This document shows positions 9,455-19,595 of a stretch of DNA of 64,000 bases, in pieces. Every line of letters begins with the position of its first letter. Position 1 is the first letter of the stretch. Both the position numbers and the translations under genes were made by a program. The notes beneath the pieces were generated by a model that saw nothing but the letters and a program-made list of their open reading frames with translations, was not told where the DNA came from and searched no databases. This DNA comes from an uncultured Verrucomicrobiales bacterium (GTDB lineage: Bacteria > Verrucomicrobiota > Verrucomicrobiia > JADLBR01 > JAIBCM01): the NCBI GenBank assembly GCA_964435495.1, contig CAYSZK010000001.1:699-64698 (forward strand), given 5' to 3'.

Positions 9455-10681
9455 ATGAAGAGGCGGCTGCTTTGGGCGGCGATGGCGGTGGTGTTGTTTC
9501 CGGCGGTGAGTCCGGCGCCGTTGGTGTGGCGTCCCGGGGAGGGTTGGAGCACGGAGGGCGGTGGCGGGGAGGAGGCGTCGAGTTCGCGGGAGCAGTTGGA
9601 GTTGGGCCGGCGTTTGGAGAAGGATGAGGAATGGAACCGGGCGCGGCTGGCGTATGTTTCGCTGGTGCGGCGGTGGCCGTTTTCGTTCAACGCGGGGGAG
9701 GCGCAGTTCAAGGTGGGGTGGTGCGCCGAGAAACTGGCGGATTTCGCGGGGGCGTTCAAGGCGTACCAGACGTGCGTGGAGAAGTATCCGGCGAGCAACT
9801 ATTACGAGAAATCGCTGGAGCGCCAGTTCAACATTGCGAACCTGTTTTTGGCGGGGGAACGGCAGAAGATATGGAAGGTGCCGATAGCGCCGTCGATGGA
9901 CAAGGCGGTGGAAATGTACGGGCAGGTGATCCGGAACGCGCCGTACGGGCGGTACGCGGCGGAGGCGCAGTTCAAGATTGGGCTGGCGCACGAGAAAAAG
10001 AAGGCGTGGAGCGAGGCGATCAAGGCGTATCAGGTGATCATCGACCGGTACTCGAACCACGACACCGTGGACGACGCGCATTACCAGATCGGGTACGCGT
10101 GGATGCAGGCGGCGACCTCCGGGGAATACGACCAGGGCGCGGCGGACAAGGCGATCGACGCGTTCAACGAATTTCTGACGCGGTTCCCGAACAACGAGAA
10201 GGCGTTTCAGGCGCGGGACAACATTGCCAACTTGAAGGGGCGGTTGACGGAGGGGGCGTTCAGCATCGCGAAGTTTTACGAGAGCCAGAAGAAGATTGAG
10301 GCGGCGATCCTGTACTATAATGATGTGATCCAGAAGGACCCGGAATCGGAGCAGGCGAAGGTGGCGCGGGAGCGGATCGCGGCGCTTACGCCGTTGAAGG
10401 AGTCGGGGCCGCCGAAACCCGAAAATCTGGAGCGCCTGGCCGCAAAAACGCAGGTGCGCGAGGCGCGCGACAAGAACCGCGAGGCGCGCGGGCGCGAGGC
10501 GGAGGAGGGCGGCGGGGGCGCGGGCGAATTTGTGGGGCCGGAACCGGAGCTGCCTTCGGAGGCGGGGGGGGAAGGGGCGGAGGGATCGTTGGCGCCTCCG
10601 GTGGAGACGGCGCCGCGGGTGGAGACTTCGGATTCGGACGCGTTCATTGGGCCGCGGATGCCGGAGCCGAGCGTGGAATAG
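9455..10681 (+). CDS. bamD: outer membrane protein assembly factor BamD-like TPR lipoprotein
   Basis: It has a signal peptide and TPR repeats with the BamD/YfiO-type pattern (AQFKIGLAHEKKK…YQVIIDRYSNHD…), plus a C-terminal acidic/Gly-rich tail. Confidence 0.65.
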   Translation: MKRRLLWAAMAVVLFPAVSPAPLVWRPGEGWSTEGGGGEEASSSREQLELGRRLEKDEEWNRARLAYVSLVRRWPFSFNAGEAQFKVGWCAEKLADFAGAFKAYQTCVEKYPASNYYEKSLERQFNIANLFLAGERQKIWKVPIAPSMDKAVEMYGQVIRNAPYGRYAAEAQFKIGLAHEKKKAWSEAIKAYQVIIDRYSNHDTVDDAHYQIGYAWMQAATSGEYDQGAADKAIDAFNEFLTRFPNNEKAFQARDNIANLKGRLTEGAFSIAKFYESQKKIEAAILYYNDVIQKDPESEQAKVARERIAALTPLKESGPPKPENLERLAAKTQVREARDKNREARGREAEEGGGGAGEFVGPEPELPSEAGGEGAEGSLAPPVETAPRVETSDSDAFIGPRMPEPSVE

Positions 10682-10688
10682 GAGGAAT

Positions 10689-11198
10689 ATGAGGAGAGCA
10701 TGGATGATGGCGGCGTTGGCCGTGGCGGCGCTCGCGGGTTGCGGGTACAAATTGGGCAACCTCGCGGGGCGTGAGTTGGAGGGAGTGAAGACTGTGTACG
10801 TGCCGGTGGCGCGGAACGAGACGTACGAGCCCGCGATTTCGGTGCTGGTCACGGATGCGTTGATCCGGAGGCTGCACGCGGACGGGACCCTGCGGGTGGC
10901 GCGGCGGGAGGAGGCGGATGCGACCTTGGCGGTGGTGCTTAAGGAGATCGACCGGAACCCTCTGCGTTCGGCGCGCGGGGACTACCGGGTGACGCAGGAG
11001 TTCCGGGTCAACCTGAGGGCGGAGGTGACGCTAACGCGGAAGGGGGGCGGCATTCCGATCATGAACGCCCGGGGTTTCACGGGCCGGACGGAGTATTTTG
11101 TCGGGCGGGACCCGCAGGAGGGCGAGCGCCAGGCGATGGGCTTGGTGGCGGAGGATTTGGCCAACGAAATTGTCCTGAACGTGGCCGAAGGATGGTGA
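10689..11198 (+). CDS. lptE: LptE-like LPS-assembly lipoprotein (putative)
   Basis: A GGAGGA ribosome-binding site precedes the ATG. The lipobox is LAGC-GY and the product is ~170 aa, following bamD. The family assignment is tentative. Confidence 0.45.
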   Translation: MRRAWMMAALAVAALAGCGYKLGNLAGRELEGVKTVYVPVARNETYEPAISVLVTDALIRRLHADGTLRVARREEADATLAVVLKEIDRNPLRSARGDYRVTQEFRVNLRAEVTLTRKGGGIPIMNARGFTGRTEYFVGRDPQEGERQAMGLVAEDLANEIVLNVAEGW

Positions 11199-11235
11199 TC
11201 CGGCGGCTTCGCGCGAAGGAGAGGGGATTGGTGGC

Positions 11236-13347
11236 GTGGGGGAATTCCTTCGGGAAGGGCCGATGACGGGGCGCGCGCGCGGTTGTTGGGCGGGTTTGGC
11301 GGTTGGGGTCGCGGCGCTGGTTGTGGGGGCGCTGACGGTTCCGGCGTGGCTTTCGGGGATCGTGGAGGGGCTGGCGGCGAAGGATGGGTTTCGGGGGATG
11401 CTGTCGCGCCAGGTGGGCGGCGCGATGAAAGTGCGCGGGGAATTCGCGGAGCTGGATCTGAAAGATTGGAGGGTGCGCACGGCCCATTTCCGGTCGGAGG
11501 GGATGCCTGGGGAGGCGATTGAGGCGCTGGAGGCGGAGGGGATCACGGGGAAGTTTGATCCGGCGGGTGTGCTGCGGCGTGTGTGGCGGGTGGACTGGGT
11601 GGATGTGGAGCGCGCGCGGATCGCGCTGCGGATGCCGGATGACGCGAAGAAGATCGTGAAACAAAAGGGGCGGCGGCCGCCGTGGGCTGTGTTGATGCCG
11701 GACCGGTTTTCGTGCGGGCCGATTCGTTGCCCGGACGCGGTGATGGAATTCCCGTTCCAGGGGGGCACGGCATCGCTGACGAACCTGGCGGTGACGGCGG
11801 AGCTCATTGGCCGGGACTTCCGTTACCACGCGACCAATGGATTCCTGGATTTCCCGCTTTTTCCGCCGATGCGCGTGGAGGATTTGGTGATTTTCGTGAC
11901 GCGCCCGATGATCGACGTCGAACAAGCGCGGCTGGTGGCGTCCGCGCCCGGAGACCCGGCGGCGGCGAACCTGAAAGTGCGGATGGGCATGCGCGAGGAC
12001 AAGAGCGTGAAGGCGGACGTGGTGCTCAAGCGGATGCCGATTGGCCAGGCGATGCCGGAGCGCCTTCGCGGGCGGCTGGCGGGTCGGGCCTCGGGCCGGA
12101 TGGTCTGGGAGAACGACCCGACCGGGGGGAATATCGTGTCGGACGGGGCGTTGTCGCTGGAGGACGTGCGGCTGGGGAACCTGCCGATGTTGGACGAGCT
12201 GGCGCGCCTGCATTCCAATCCGGAGCTCAAGCAGTTCGATTTCGACAAGTTCCAGTGCAAGTTTTTTGTCCGCACGAACCTCTTCTGGGCGGAGCGGCTG
12301 CAACTGGCGTCCGAGGGCAAGGTGAAGCTGCGCGGGGACGTTTGGTACCTTGCGAAGGAGCAGACGGGCGGGGTGGAGATGGTGCTTGCCGAGGTGCCTC
12401 TGGCGCGCTGGCTGCCGGAGGACGCCAAGCCGCGCGTGTCCGCGGTGGCTGGCGGGTGGTTCCGGTGGACGGGCCGTCCGGACAATCTGGAAGGCTCCAG
12501 CGGATCGGCGCTGCTGGAGACGGCGGGGGAGATTCGGAATCCGACAGGGCTCAAGTCGCTGCTGGCGCCGGTGGGCATCAGCGTGCCCGATTTCCTGCAA
12601 GTGACCAACGCGCGGGTGCAGCTTGATTACGCCGGGCGCGTGTTCGAGGTGCGGGACCTTGCGCTGGACGCGCCGGGATTCATCCATCTCCGGGCGAAGG
12701 GATCGTGGGCGCCGAATGATGTGCTGGAGTTGGATGCGGCAGTTGGGGGGCTGGAATTCGAGCGGTGGCTGCCGGCGGCGGCCCGAAGCTATGTGAAGGG
12801 AAGCGCGCGTTTGGAAGGGCGGTGGCGGTGTCCCAAGCTGGAGTTTGACCGCGGGGACGGGGAGGTCCGGCTGAACCTGGACGGGATGCGCGTGACGGAC
12901 GTGAAGATTCTCCGGCAGGCCGCGCGGTTCCTGAAGGATTCCGGTTTGAACGAACTCCGGTTCCAGCGGGCGCGCCTGACGGCGGTGTACCGGAGGGGGA
13001 GGATTACCTTGCGGGACATTGACTTCATGTCCGCGGGAAAGCTGGGGGTGCGGGGAACTGTGGAGATTGGGTTGCGGCGGGAGTTGTCGGGGGGGCTGGA
13101 AGTTGGCCTGGCGCCGAAGAACGTCGGCTGGCTGCCGGAGGCCGGGGGCGGCCTGTTTTCCGGCCGCGGCGAAAACCTGGCGTGGGCGCCGGTGCGCCTG
13201 GCGGGGACGCTGAAGAAACCGGAGCAGGACTTTGACCGGCGCGTCTTGAGCGAAGTGAAGGGGAGCCCGTCCACGTTGGTTTGGCTGTTGATGAAGGCGG
13301 TGAGCTGGGTGCTGGGGGATTGGCTGGGGACGGCGCCGAAAATGTGA
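11236..13347 (+). CDS. AsmA-family / DUF748-like membrane-anchored periplasmic protein
   Basis: It has a single N-terminal TM helix and a long predicted beta-rich domain. It lies in an outer-membrane biogenesis neighbourhood (bamD, lptE). Confidence 0.5.
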   Translation: MGEFLREGPMTGRARGCWAGLAVGVAALVVGALTVPAWLSGIVEGLAAKDGFRGMLSRQVGGAMKVRGEFAELDLKDWRVRTAHFRSEGMPGEAIEALEAEGITGKFDPAGVLRRVWRVDWVDVERARIALRMPDDAKKIVKQKGRRPPWAVLMPDRFSCGPIRCPDAVMEFPFQGGTASLTNLAVTAELIGRDFRYHATNGFLDFPLFPPMRVEDLVIFVTRPMIDVEQARLVASAPGDPAAANLKVRMGMREDKSVKADVVLKRMPIGQAMPERLRGRLAGRASGRMVWENDPTGGNIVSDGALSLEDVRLGNLPMLDELARLHSNPELKQFDFDKFQCKFFVRTNLFWAERLQLASEGKVKLRGDVWYLAKEQTGGVEMVLAEVPLARWLPEDAKPRVSAVAGGWFRWTGRPDNLEGSSGSALLETAGEIRNPTGLKSLLAPVGISVPDFLQVTNARVQLDYAGRVFEVRDLALDAPGFIHLRAKGSWAPNDVLELDAAVGGLEFERWLPAAARSYVKGSARLEGRWRCPKLEFDRGDGEVRLNLDGMRVTDVKILRQAARFLKDSGLNELRFQRARLTAVYRRGRITLRDIDFMSAGKLGVRGTVEIGLRRELSGGLEVGLAPKNVGWLPEAGGGLFSGRGENLAWAPVRLAGTLKKPEQDFDRRVLSEVKGSPSTLVWLLMKAVSWVLGDWLGTAPKM

Positions 13348-13351
13348 GCGC

Positions 13352-15481
13352 CTACTTGTAGCGGTCGAGGGTCTTGGCGAGTTTGGCTTTCTCGTCGGGG
13401 GACAGGTTCTGGCGGGACACCCAGGCGCGCGCGGCGTCGGCATCGGAGCGCACCCAGCGCCGGAGGACGTTGTCGATGGCCGAGGCGCGCTGGTTGGAGT
13501 CGCCGATGACGGCGGCCCAGTCGGCGGCGACGGAGGCGTCGAAAGTGGCCACTTCCCCGGCAAAAGCCGCGAGGGCGCGGTCGGTGGAAGCGCCGGCGGG
13601 GAGCGCGTCGAGCCATTTGGTGGCGCTGTTGGGATCGTGGCGGCCCCAGGCGCGCGCGACCTGTTCCAGGGCGCGGTCGCGGGCGCCGGAATCCTGGAGC
13701 GCGGCGGCCCACGCGGCCGCGTCGGCGGGGTTGTTTTCGGCCCATTCCCCGGCGATGCGGCTTGCGGCGTCGCGGCGGGCGTTTTCGTCGGTGATCTTGG
13801 GGAACTCGCTGGCGGCGAGGCGGGGGTCGGTGTCGGCGAGCGTGGAGAGGAGATTGGGCATGACCGCCGAGAGGAGCGCGGGATCGGAGACGGAGCGCGT
13901 CCAGGCCAGGGCGGCGGCGGAGTCGCGCCTGGCCCATTGGCTGACGGTTTGCTGGACGGCGCGGCGTTTGAGATCGGCGGATTCGATCCGAAGCGCGGCG
14001 GCGGCGGCCGCGGGCGGATCGGAATTGGCCCAAGTCGAGAAGATGTTGGCCGTGCCGTTGTCGCGGGATTCGCCGGGCGGAAGTTTTTGGAAGAACGCGA
14101 GGGCGGACTGGGGATCGCGTGAGGCCCACTGCCCGGCGACGGAGTCGAGAAACCGGTTGCGGGTTTCGCCTGGGGGCAGGCTCAGGGCGTGGCCTGCGGC
14201 GCCGACGGGGTCGGTGGACGCCCAGTTGTGGGCGATGGACCAAATGGCGTTGCGGGAGCCCTGGCCTGGGGGAAGCGACGCGAGCCATTGCGCGGCGGCT
14301 TTCGGGTCGGTCTGGCTCCAGGCGGAAACCACGGACTGGATGGCGGTGTCGCGGGCGCGGGAGGCGGGGAGCTGCAGCACTTCGGCGGCGGCCTTCTTTG
14401 GGTCCTGGTTGGCGGTTTGTTGCAGGACGCTCTGAAGGGCGGCGGTCCTGGCGCGTTCGTCGGGAAGGTTGCGTGCCCACGCGAGGGCGGCATCGGGGTT
14501 GGAAGCCGCCCAGGAGGAGGTCACGCTGTTGATCAGGTTGTCCCGTTCGGCAGCCGGCGGAAGGGCGAGGACGAACGCCGCGGCCGCGGCCGGATCGGTT
14601 TGCGCCCACGAGGCGATCGCGGTGGACGTGGCGGAATCCCGGCTGCGGCCCGCGGGCAGGTTGCGCGCCCAGGCAAGGGCGGCCTGGGGATCGGCGGATG
14701 CCCAGCGCGAGGCGATGGCGGAGTATTGCGATTGCAGATCGGAATCGTTGGCGCGCGAGGCGAGGGCTTTTGCGGCGGCCAGAGGGTCGCGTTCCGCCCA
14801 GCGGAAGAACACCATGTAATCAAAGCGGTGGTTGCCGGACTTCAGTTCATCGGCGAGGCGCAGCGCGCGCTCCGGGTCCTTCTCGGCAACCGCCTGGATG
14901 AGCGCGTTGGCCGCGATCATGCGTTCGCGGGGATTGCGGGACACGACCCAGGCCCCCGCGGCAGACGGATCGTTGGCGGCCCAGGAGGATACCGCGGCGG
15001 AGATGGCCTGGTAGCGGGCGTTCGGTTCGGTGAGTCCAATGGCGAAGGCCGCGGCGGCCGGCCCGTCCACGGCGCCCCATCGTTCCAGAAGGATTGGCAG
15101 GACGCGCTCGCGGTCCGTGGCGTTGCGGTCCGCGGCAAATCGCGTCGCGGCTTCGCGAAGGGCGGCCGGGTCCTGCGTGGAGGCCCAGGCGTACATTCCC
15201 GCGAGCCGGTCGAATCGCGACGAAAGCTTGAGGACGGCGTCGAGGCCGCTTGGGGCGGCGCCGGCGGTATCCGGCGGCTCGGCGGCTGGGCCGGACGCCT
15301 GGGAGGGCGCAGCCGCCGGGCGCGGTGGCATGGAGCGCCCGGCGGCGGCCGCGGTTTCCGAGGAGGCGCCGGGCCGTGGGACGGAGGGAGCGGAGGCCGT
15401 GGCGTGGCGGACGCTGAGCCGTCCGGCGACAAAGGCGGCGGCGAGGCATGCCGCGGTGGCGGCGAGACGCCATGCGTTCAT
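13352..15481 (-). CDS. secreted tandem-repeat protein (~17 x ~36-aa alpha-helical W-A-x-x-D-P…L-P…R-D repeats)
   Basis: It has a signal peptide and the repeated unit xxWAxxDPxAAxxWxxxLPxGxxRDxA is visible by eye through most of its 709 aa. Confidence 0.6.
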   Translation of the reverse strand: MNAWRLAATAACLAAAFVAGRLSVRHATASAPSVPRPGASSETAAAAGRSMPPRPAAAPSQASGPAAEPPDTAGAAPSGLDAVLKLSSRFDRLAGMYAWASTQDPAALREAATRFAADRNATDRERVLPILLERWGAVDGPAAAAFAIGLTEPNARYQAISAAVSSWAANDPSAAGAWVVSRNPRERMIAANALIQAVAEKDPERALRLADELKSGNHRFDYMVFFRWAERDPLAAAKALASRANDSDLQSQYSAIASRWASADPQAALAWARNLPAGRSRDSATSTAIASWAQTDPAAAAAFVLALPPAAERDNLINSVTSSWAASNPDAALAWARNLPDERARTAALQSVLQQTANQDPKKAAAEVLQLPASRARDTAIQSVVSAWSQTDPKAAAQWLASLPPGQGSRNAIWSIAHNWASTDPVGAAGHALSLPPGETRNRFLDSVAGQWASRDPQSALAFFQKLPPGESRDNGTANIFSTWANSDPPAAAAAALRIESADLKRRAVQQTVSQWARRDSAAALAWTRSVSDPALLSAVMPNLLSTLADTDPRLAASEFPKITDENARRDAASRIAGEWAENNPADAAAWAAALQDSGARDRALEQVARAWGRHDPNSATKWLDALPAGASTDRALAAFAGEVATFDASVAADWAAVIGDSNQRASAIDNVLRRWVRSDADAARAWVSRQNLSPDEKAKLAKTLDRYK

Positions 15482-15577
15482 AAGAGTATCAGTAGCGCGG
15501 ATGGGGCGGATTGCGACTGAATACCGATGGGGCGGACGCCGGTTGCGGGTGGCACGGCGGGCGGGCGCCGCAGGGCT

Positions 15578-15976
15578 TCATGCCGCGATGTGCCGGGAGT
15601 CGTTCTCGTCCTTTTCCTTGTAGCCGGTGTCCTGGCGCTGCAAGTTGACGGCGTTTTTCTGAAGGTAAGCGTCGTAAACGTCCCTGGCGGACATGCCCAT
15701 GACCTGGGCCGCGGAGATGAGGAAATGGAACAGGTCCACGATCTCGACGCGGGCATTCTGCTTGTCAAACTTCTGGTATTTCGCCCACCACTTCCACGGG
15801 ACCGAGTCGGTGAGCTCGGCGAGTTCCTGGGTCATGGCGCGGCAGTAGTTCAGGAGCCAATGAATGCGTTGTTCGTCCGTCATGGAGGCGGTGTCCACGC
15901 CGATGCGGCGGTTGAGGGCTTCCTGGAGCCGCCAGATTTCGTCGAGGTGGTCGGGGTTTGTCGCGGGGTCGGTCAT
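15578..15976 (-). CDS. dimeric (all-alpha) dUTPase / dUTPase_2 family NTP pyrophosphatase
   Basis: The translation (…WKWWAKYQKF…EIVDLFHFLIS…AVNLQRQDTGY) matches dimeric dUTPase-family motifs. The start is taken at MTDPAT, and the upstream ORF extension is Pro/Arg-rich junk. Confidence 0.65.
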   Translation of the reverse strand: MTDPATNPDHLDEIWRLQEALNRRIGVDTASMTDEQRIHWLLNYCRAMTQELAELTDSVPWKWWAKYQKFDKQNARVEIVDLFHFLISAAQVMGMSARDVYDAYLQKNAVNLQRQDTGYKEKDENDSRHIAA

Positions 15977-16100
15977 GGGACGGTGGTAGCGCCGGGCGCG
16001 CGCGGAACCGAGAAGAAAAAGTGGGGGGCGCCCCCCATGGCCGGGAGGCCGATGGCCCGGAAGATTGACGGGCGGAGGGAATGGCCCAAACTTTGCGGGC

Positions 16101-16499
16101 ATGGGCAAGCGAGGTGAGCGGAGCGGGAAGATCGATGTTGCGGGGCCGGCAGCGCCCCTGGCCACTCCTTTTGCGGCGATGGACCTTGGGGGGTTGCCGC
16201 CGGGACCGGAGACAGAGGTTCGCCCCGGCGAAGCGCGCATGGGAACGAAGGGGCGCGTGGTGTTGCGCCGGGAAACAGCCCACCGTGGCGGCAAAACGGT
16301 GGTGGTCGTGGGCGGGTTTGCGGATTCGGTGGGCGCCGGGGAATTGGAGCGTATTGCAAAAGGATTGCGAAAAGCCTGCGGCTGCGGAGGAACGGTCCGT
16401 GGCCGGGAGATTGAAGTGCAGGGGGAGCAGGCGGACCGGGTGCGGGCCTGGCTGGAGGGGGAGGGCTATCGGGTGGCGGGGGTGCGGGGCGGCGGGTGA
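16101..16499 (+). CDS. yciH: translation initiation factor SUI1/YciH family
   Basis: The SUI1 core is present (GGKTVVVVGGF…LRKACGCGGTV…IEVQG). Confidence 0.8.
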   Translation: MGKRGERSGKIDVAGPAAPLATPFAAMDLGGLPPGPETEVRPGEARMGTKGRVVLRRETAHRGGKTVVVVGGFADSVGAGELERIAKGLRKACGCGGTVRGREIEVQGEQADRVRAWLEGEGYRVAGVRGGG

Positions 16500-17086
16500 A
16501 CGGCGACCCCCACGACTGGGAGGAGCGGTACCGCTCCGGGGAGATGCCGTGGGAGAAGGGGTACGCGGCGCCGCCGTTGACGGAGTACCTGGCGCGTTGC
16601 CGGATCGAGGGGCGGGTGCTCGCGCCGGGCTGCGGGTCGGGGCACGACGTCCGGGCGCTGGCGGCGCAGGGGGCGGAGGTGGTGGGAATGGACATCGCGC
16701 CCTCGGCGATACGATTGGCGCGGGCGCATGCGCCGGCAGGAACGGAGGCCTATATTGAGGGGGATTGGTTCGCTCCGCCCGTGGAGTGGTCCGGCGCATT
16801 TGATTGGGTGGTGGAGCACACCTGTTTTTGCGCGATTGACCCGGTGCGGCGTCCGGACTACGTGCGCTCGGCGGCGCATGTCTTGCGGGCGGGCGGGCGG
16901 CTCTTCGGAATATTCTACCGGGACCCAGGACCAAGGGACTATGTTGGGCCTCCTTACGGCGTGAGTGGCGCGGAGCTGGACGCCTTGTTTGGCCGGGCGT
17001 TTCGGGCGGTGGAGGAATGGGAGCCGGCCTCGGCGTATCCTGGGCGGGAAGGCCGGGAGTTGGTGCGGATTCTGGAAAGGGTCTAG
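16496..17086 (+). CDS. class I SAM-dependent methyltransferase (thiopurine S-methyltransferase-like)
   Basis: W…W…PPL…RVLAPGCGSGHDV…VVGMDIAPSA. The start overlaps the yciH stop (GTGA). Confidence 0.7.
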   Translation: MNGDPHDWEERYRSGEMPWEKGYAAPPLTEYLARCRIEGRVLAPGCGSGHDVRALAAQGAEVVGMDIAPSAIRLARAHAPAGTEAYIEGDWFAPPVEWSGAFDWVVEHTCFCAIDPVRRPDYVRSAAHVLRAGGRLFGIFYRDPGPRDYVGPPYGVSGAELDALFGRAFRAVEEWEPASAYPGREGRELVRILERV

Positions 17087-17088
17087 GG

Positions 17089-19584
17089 TCAGCGGGTGAG
17101 GAAGGGCGGCGAAGTGACAATCGCGTTGATGAGGGCGGAAAAACGGAACTGGCCGCGGGTGGCGTGGGCGAGGATGGGCGGCAGATGCCGTTCGTCGGCG
17201 GGTTCGAGGGCGCGGCCAAGGGCGTAGAGCAGGAGTTTTTCCGTGAAGCCGCGGAGGAATTGGTCGCGGCGGGCCATGAGTTCCTTGCGCAGGCCGGCGG
17301 GCCCGGTGAGTTCGCCCCCGCCGGGGATTTGCGCGGTGAGATCGGCGGGGGAAGCCGCGCGGAGGGCGCCGATGCCGTTGAAACGTTCCAGGGGCAGGCC
17401 CCAGGGATCGATGCGCTCGTGGCAGGAGGCGCAGGACGGATCGGCGGCGTGCAGCGCGAGCTGCTGGCGCAGCGAGGCGGGGGAGGGTTCGGTGCTTGAG
17501 GCCGGAATCTGGGGCACATCGGCCGGGGGATTGGGCGGGGGACGGTTGAAGAGCTTCTCCAGGATGAACACGCCGCGCATGACGGGCGAGGAACGGGTGG
17601 GTTGGGAGTGGACGGCGAGGATGCCGGCGTGCGCGGCCACGCCGCCGCGTTCGGAGTCCGGCGGCAGGCTGACCCGGCGCATGGCGGCCCCTTCGACGCC
17701 GGGGATGCCGTAGTGGGCGGCGAGCCGGTCGTTGAGGTAGGTGAAATCGCTGTCGAGAAACGTGAAAACCGGGCGGTCCTCGCGCATCACGTCGCGGAAG
17801 AAATATTCCGATTCGGCGCGCATGGCTTTGCGCAGGGCCTCATCCCAATCCTTGAAGATGCCGGGGTCGGGCGCGATGTCGCTGATCCGGCGGAGGCCGA
17901 GCCATTGGCCCGCGAAATCCTGGACGAGGGCTTCGGCCCTGGGATCGGCGAGCATGCGCCGCGCCTCGGCCTGGAGGACCGACGGAATGCGCAGGCGGCC
18001 CTGGGCGGCGACTTCGAAGAGGCGGTCATCGGGCATGGATCCCCAGAGGAAATAGGAGAGCCGTGCCGCGGTCTCGAACTCGCCGAGATGCCCCCCGGGG
18101 CGGCGGTCTTCCACGAGATAGAGGAAGCTTGGCGAGCAGAGCACGGCTTCGAGCGCGGCGGCGAGTGCGTCGGCGGGTTTGGCGCCGGCGGCGAGTTCGG
18201 CGGAGGCGACAGCGGCGTAACGGGCGATTTCATCGTTGGACACGGGCCGCCGGAAGGCGCGCGGCAGGAAATGGGCGAGCACGCCATGGAAATCGCCGAC
18301 CGGCGCCTCGCCGCAGACGAGGCGATGGCTTCGGGGCGGCCACGGGTTGCGGATGGGTCCGGCCAGCTCAATTTCGCACAAAACGAGCCGGGGCACATGG
18401 TCCAGCATACTGCGCCGGACCTCGGAGGCCGCGCCTATGTCCAGGCGGGTGCCGGCGAAGTCGGACTCGAACTCGAACTCGAACACCCGCGGTTCCCCGG
18501 TGACGGGCACGGCGAACTCGAACTTGCGGCGGTTGTTGACATCCACGCCCATGACGCAGCCGGACCTGGGTTCGACCACGGCGCCTTTGCGGTCCCGCGC
18601 GGGCTCGGCATACGCTTTGACCCGCACCTTGTAGCGTCCGTACTCGAGCGGGTTGCGGAACGCAATCGAGCCGCGCCGTTCGAGGCGGCCCGTGGGCGGG
18701 AGCACCACCTCATAGCCGTGGGCGCCCCTGCCTTCGCGAACGCTCCGCTTGTCGCCCGGGGATCCGGAGGAGTGATCGAGGCCGAGGAACTTGACCGGCG
18801 ACGTTTCGTAGGCCTTCTCGCGGTCCCTGCCCGCCCATTCGTGGAGGCCGGTTGGGGAGGGCTTGATCCCGGACTTTGCGTCGCGCTGGTCGCGATCGAC
18901 GGGATAATAGGTTGTCGTGGTGGTGGCGGGCTGGCTTTCTGTGACCAGGGCAAGGCGGACGAGGTCGCGGGCGGCCTTCTGGTATTTCTCAAATAGCATC
19001 GGCGAAATGCTCTGCACGTTGGCGATGCTGTCGAAACCTTCCAGGCCGAGGTCCTGGGGGAACGCATCCGCCGGGGCGATGTCCACACCGAGCAGGTCGC
19101 GGACGGTGTTGTTGTACTGGGCGCGGTTCAGCCTGCGGACGAAGCGGCCCGACGGGCTGGATTCACCGGCGAGCGAAGCCGAAATCCAGGCCCGCATGCG
19201 GTCGTAGTCCGCGGCGGCGGGGCGGGGGAGGCCGGCCGGCTTGGAGGGCGGCATGGCGCGGATTTCCAACTGGTCGCGGATGTCGCGCCATTCGGCGAGG
19301 TGTTTGCCGACGGGGCCGCCGCCCAGGAGCGGGCGCATGTCCACGTCCCCCTCGATCTTCGCGCCTTCGCCGTGGCAGGAAAGACAATAGGTGCGCAGAA
19401 ACTGGCGGGCCTCGTCCGGACGGAGCGGCGGATCTTGTTCGGGGAATGCCGGAGCGCGCCCGCCCGCGGCAACAAGAACGGCGATCGCGAAGACGTGGCC
19501 CTGGAGTTGGAGCCTCGATCCCCAGCGGGCCGGGACGGGCGGGTAGGAGCGCAAGGGCGTGCCGCGCAGCGGGGGGTGGGCCAT
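17089..19584 (-). CDS. DUF1592/DUF1595/DUF1587/DUF1588 (PSD1/PSCyt) domain protein with N-terminal haem CxxCH
   Basis: It has a signal peptide and CLSCHG, then the long conserved PVC-specific domain series. It is always paired with a DUF1552 protein. Confidence 0.8.
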   Translation of the reverse strand: MAHPPLRGTPLRSYPPVPARWGSRLQLQGHVFAIAVLVAAGGRAPAFPEQDPPLRPDEARQFLRTYCLSCHGEGAKIEGDVDMRPLLGGGPVGKHLAEWRDIRDQLEIRAMPPSKPAGLPRPAAADYDRMRAWISASLAGESSPSGRFVRRLNRAQYNNTVRDLLGVDIAPADAFPQDLGLEGFDSIANVQSISPMLFEKYQKAARDLVRLALVTESQPATTTTTYYPVDRDQRDAKSGIKPSPTGLHEWAGRDREKAYETSPVKFLGLDHSSGSPGDKRSVREGRGAHGYEVVLPPTGRLERRGSIAFRNPLEYGRYKVRVKAYAEPARDRKGAVVEPRSGCVMGVDVNNRRKFEFAVPVTGEPRVFEFEFESDFAGTRLDIGAASEVRRSMLDHVPRLVLCEIELAGPIRNPWPPRSHRLVCGEAPVGDFHGVLAHFLPRAFRRPVSNDEIARYAAVASAELAAGAKPADALAAALEAVLCSPSFLYLVEDRRPGGHLGEFETAARLSYFLWGSMPDDRLFEVAAQGRLRIPSVLQAEARRMLADPRAEALVQDFAGQWLGLRRISDIAPDPGIFKDWDEALRKAMRAESEYFFRDVMREDRPVFTFLDSDFTYLNDRLAAHYGIPGVEGAAMRRVSLPPDSERGGVAAHAGILAVHSQPTRSSPVMRGVFILEKLFNRPPPNPPADVPQIPASSTEPSPASLRQQLALHAADPSCASCHERIDPWGLPLERFNGIGALRAASPADLTAQIPGGGELTGPAGLRKELMARRDQFLRGFTEKLLLYALGRALEPADERHLPPILAHATRGQFRFSALINAIVTSPPFLTR

Positions 19585-19595
19585 CGCGGCGGGGA

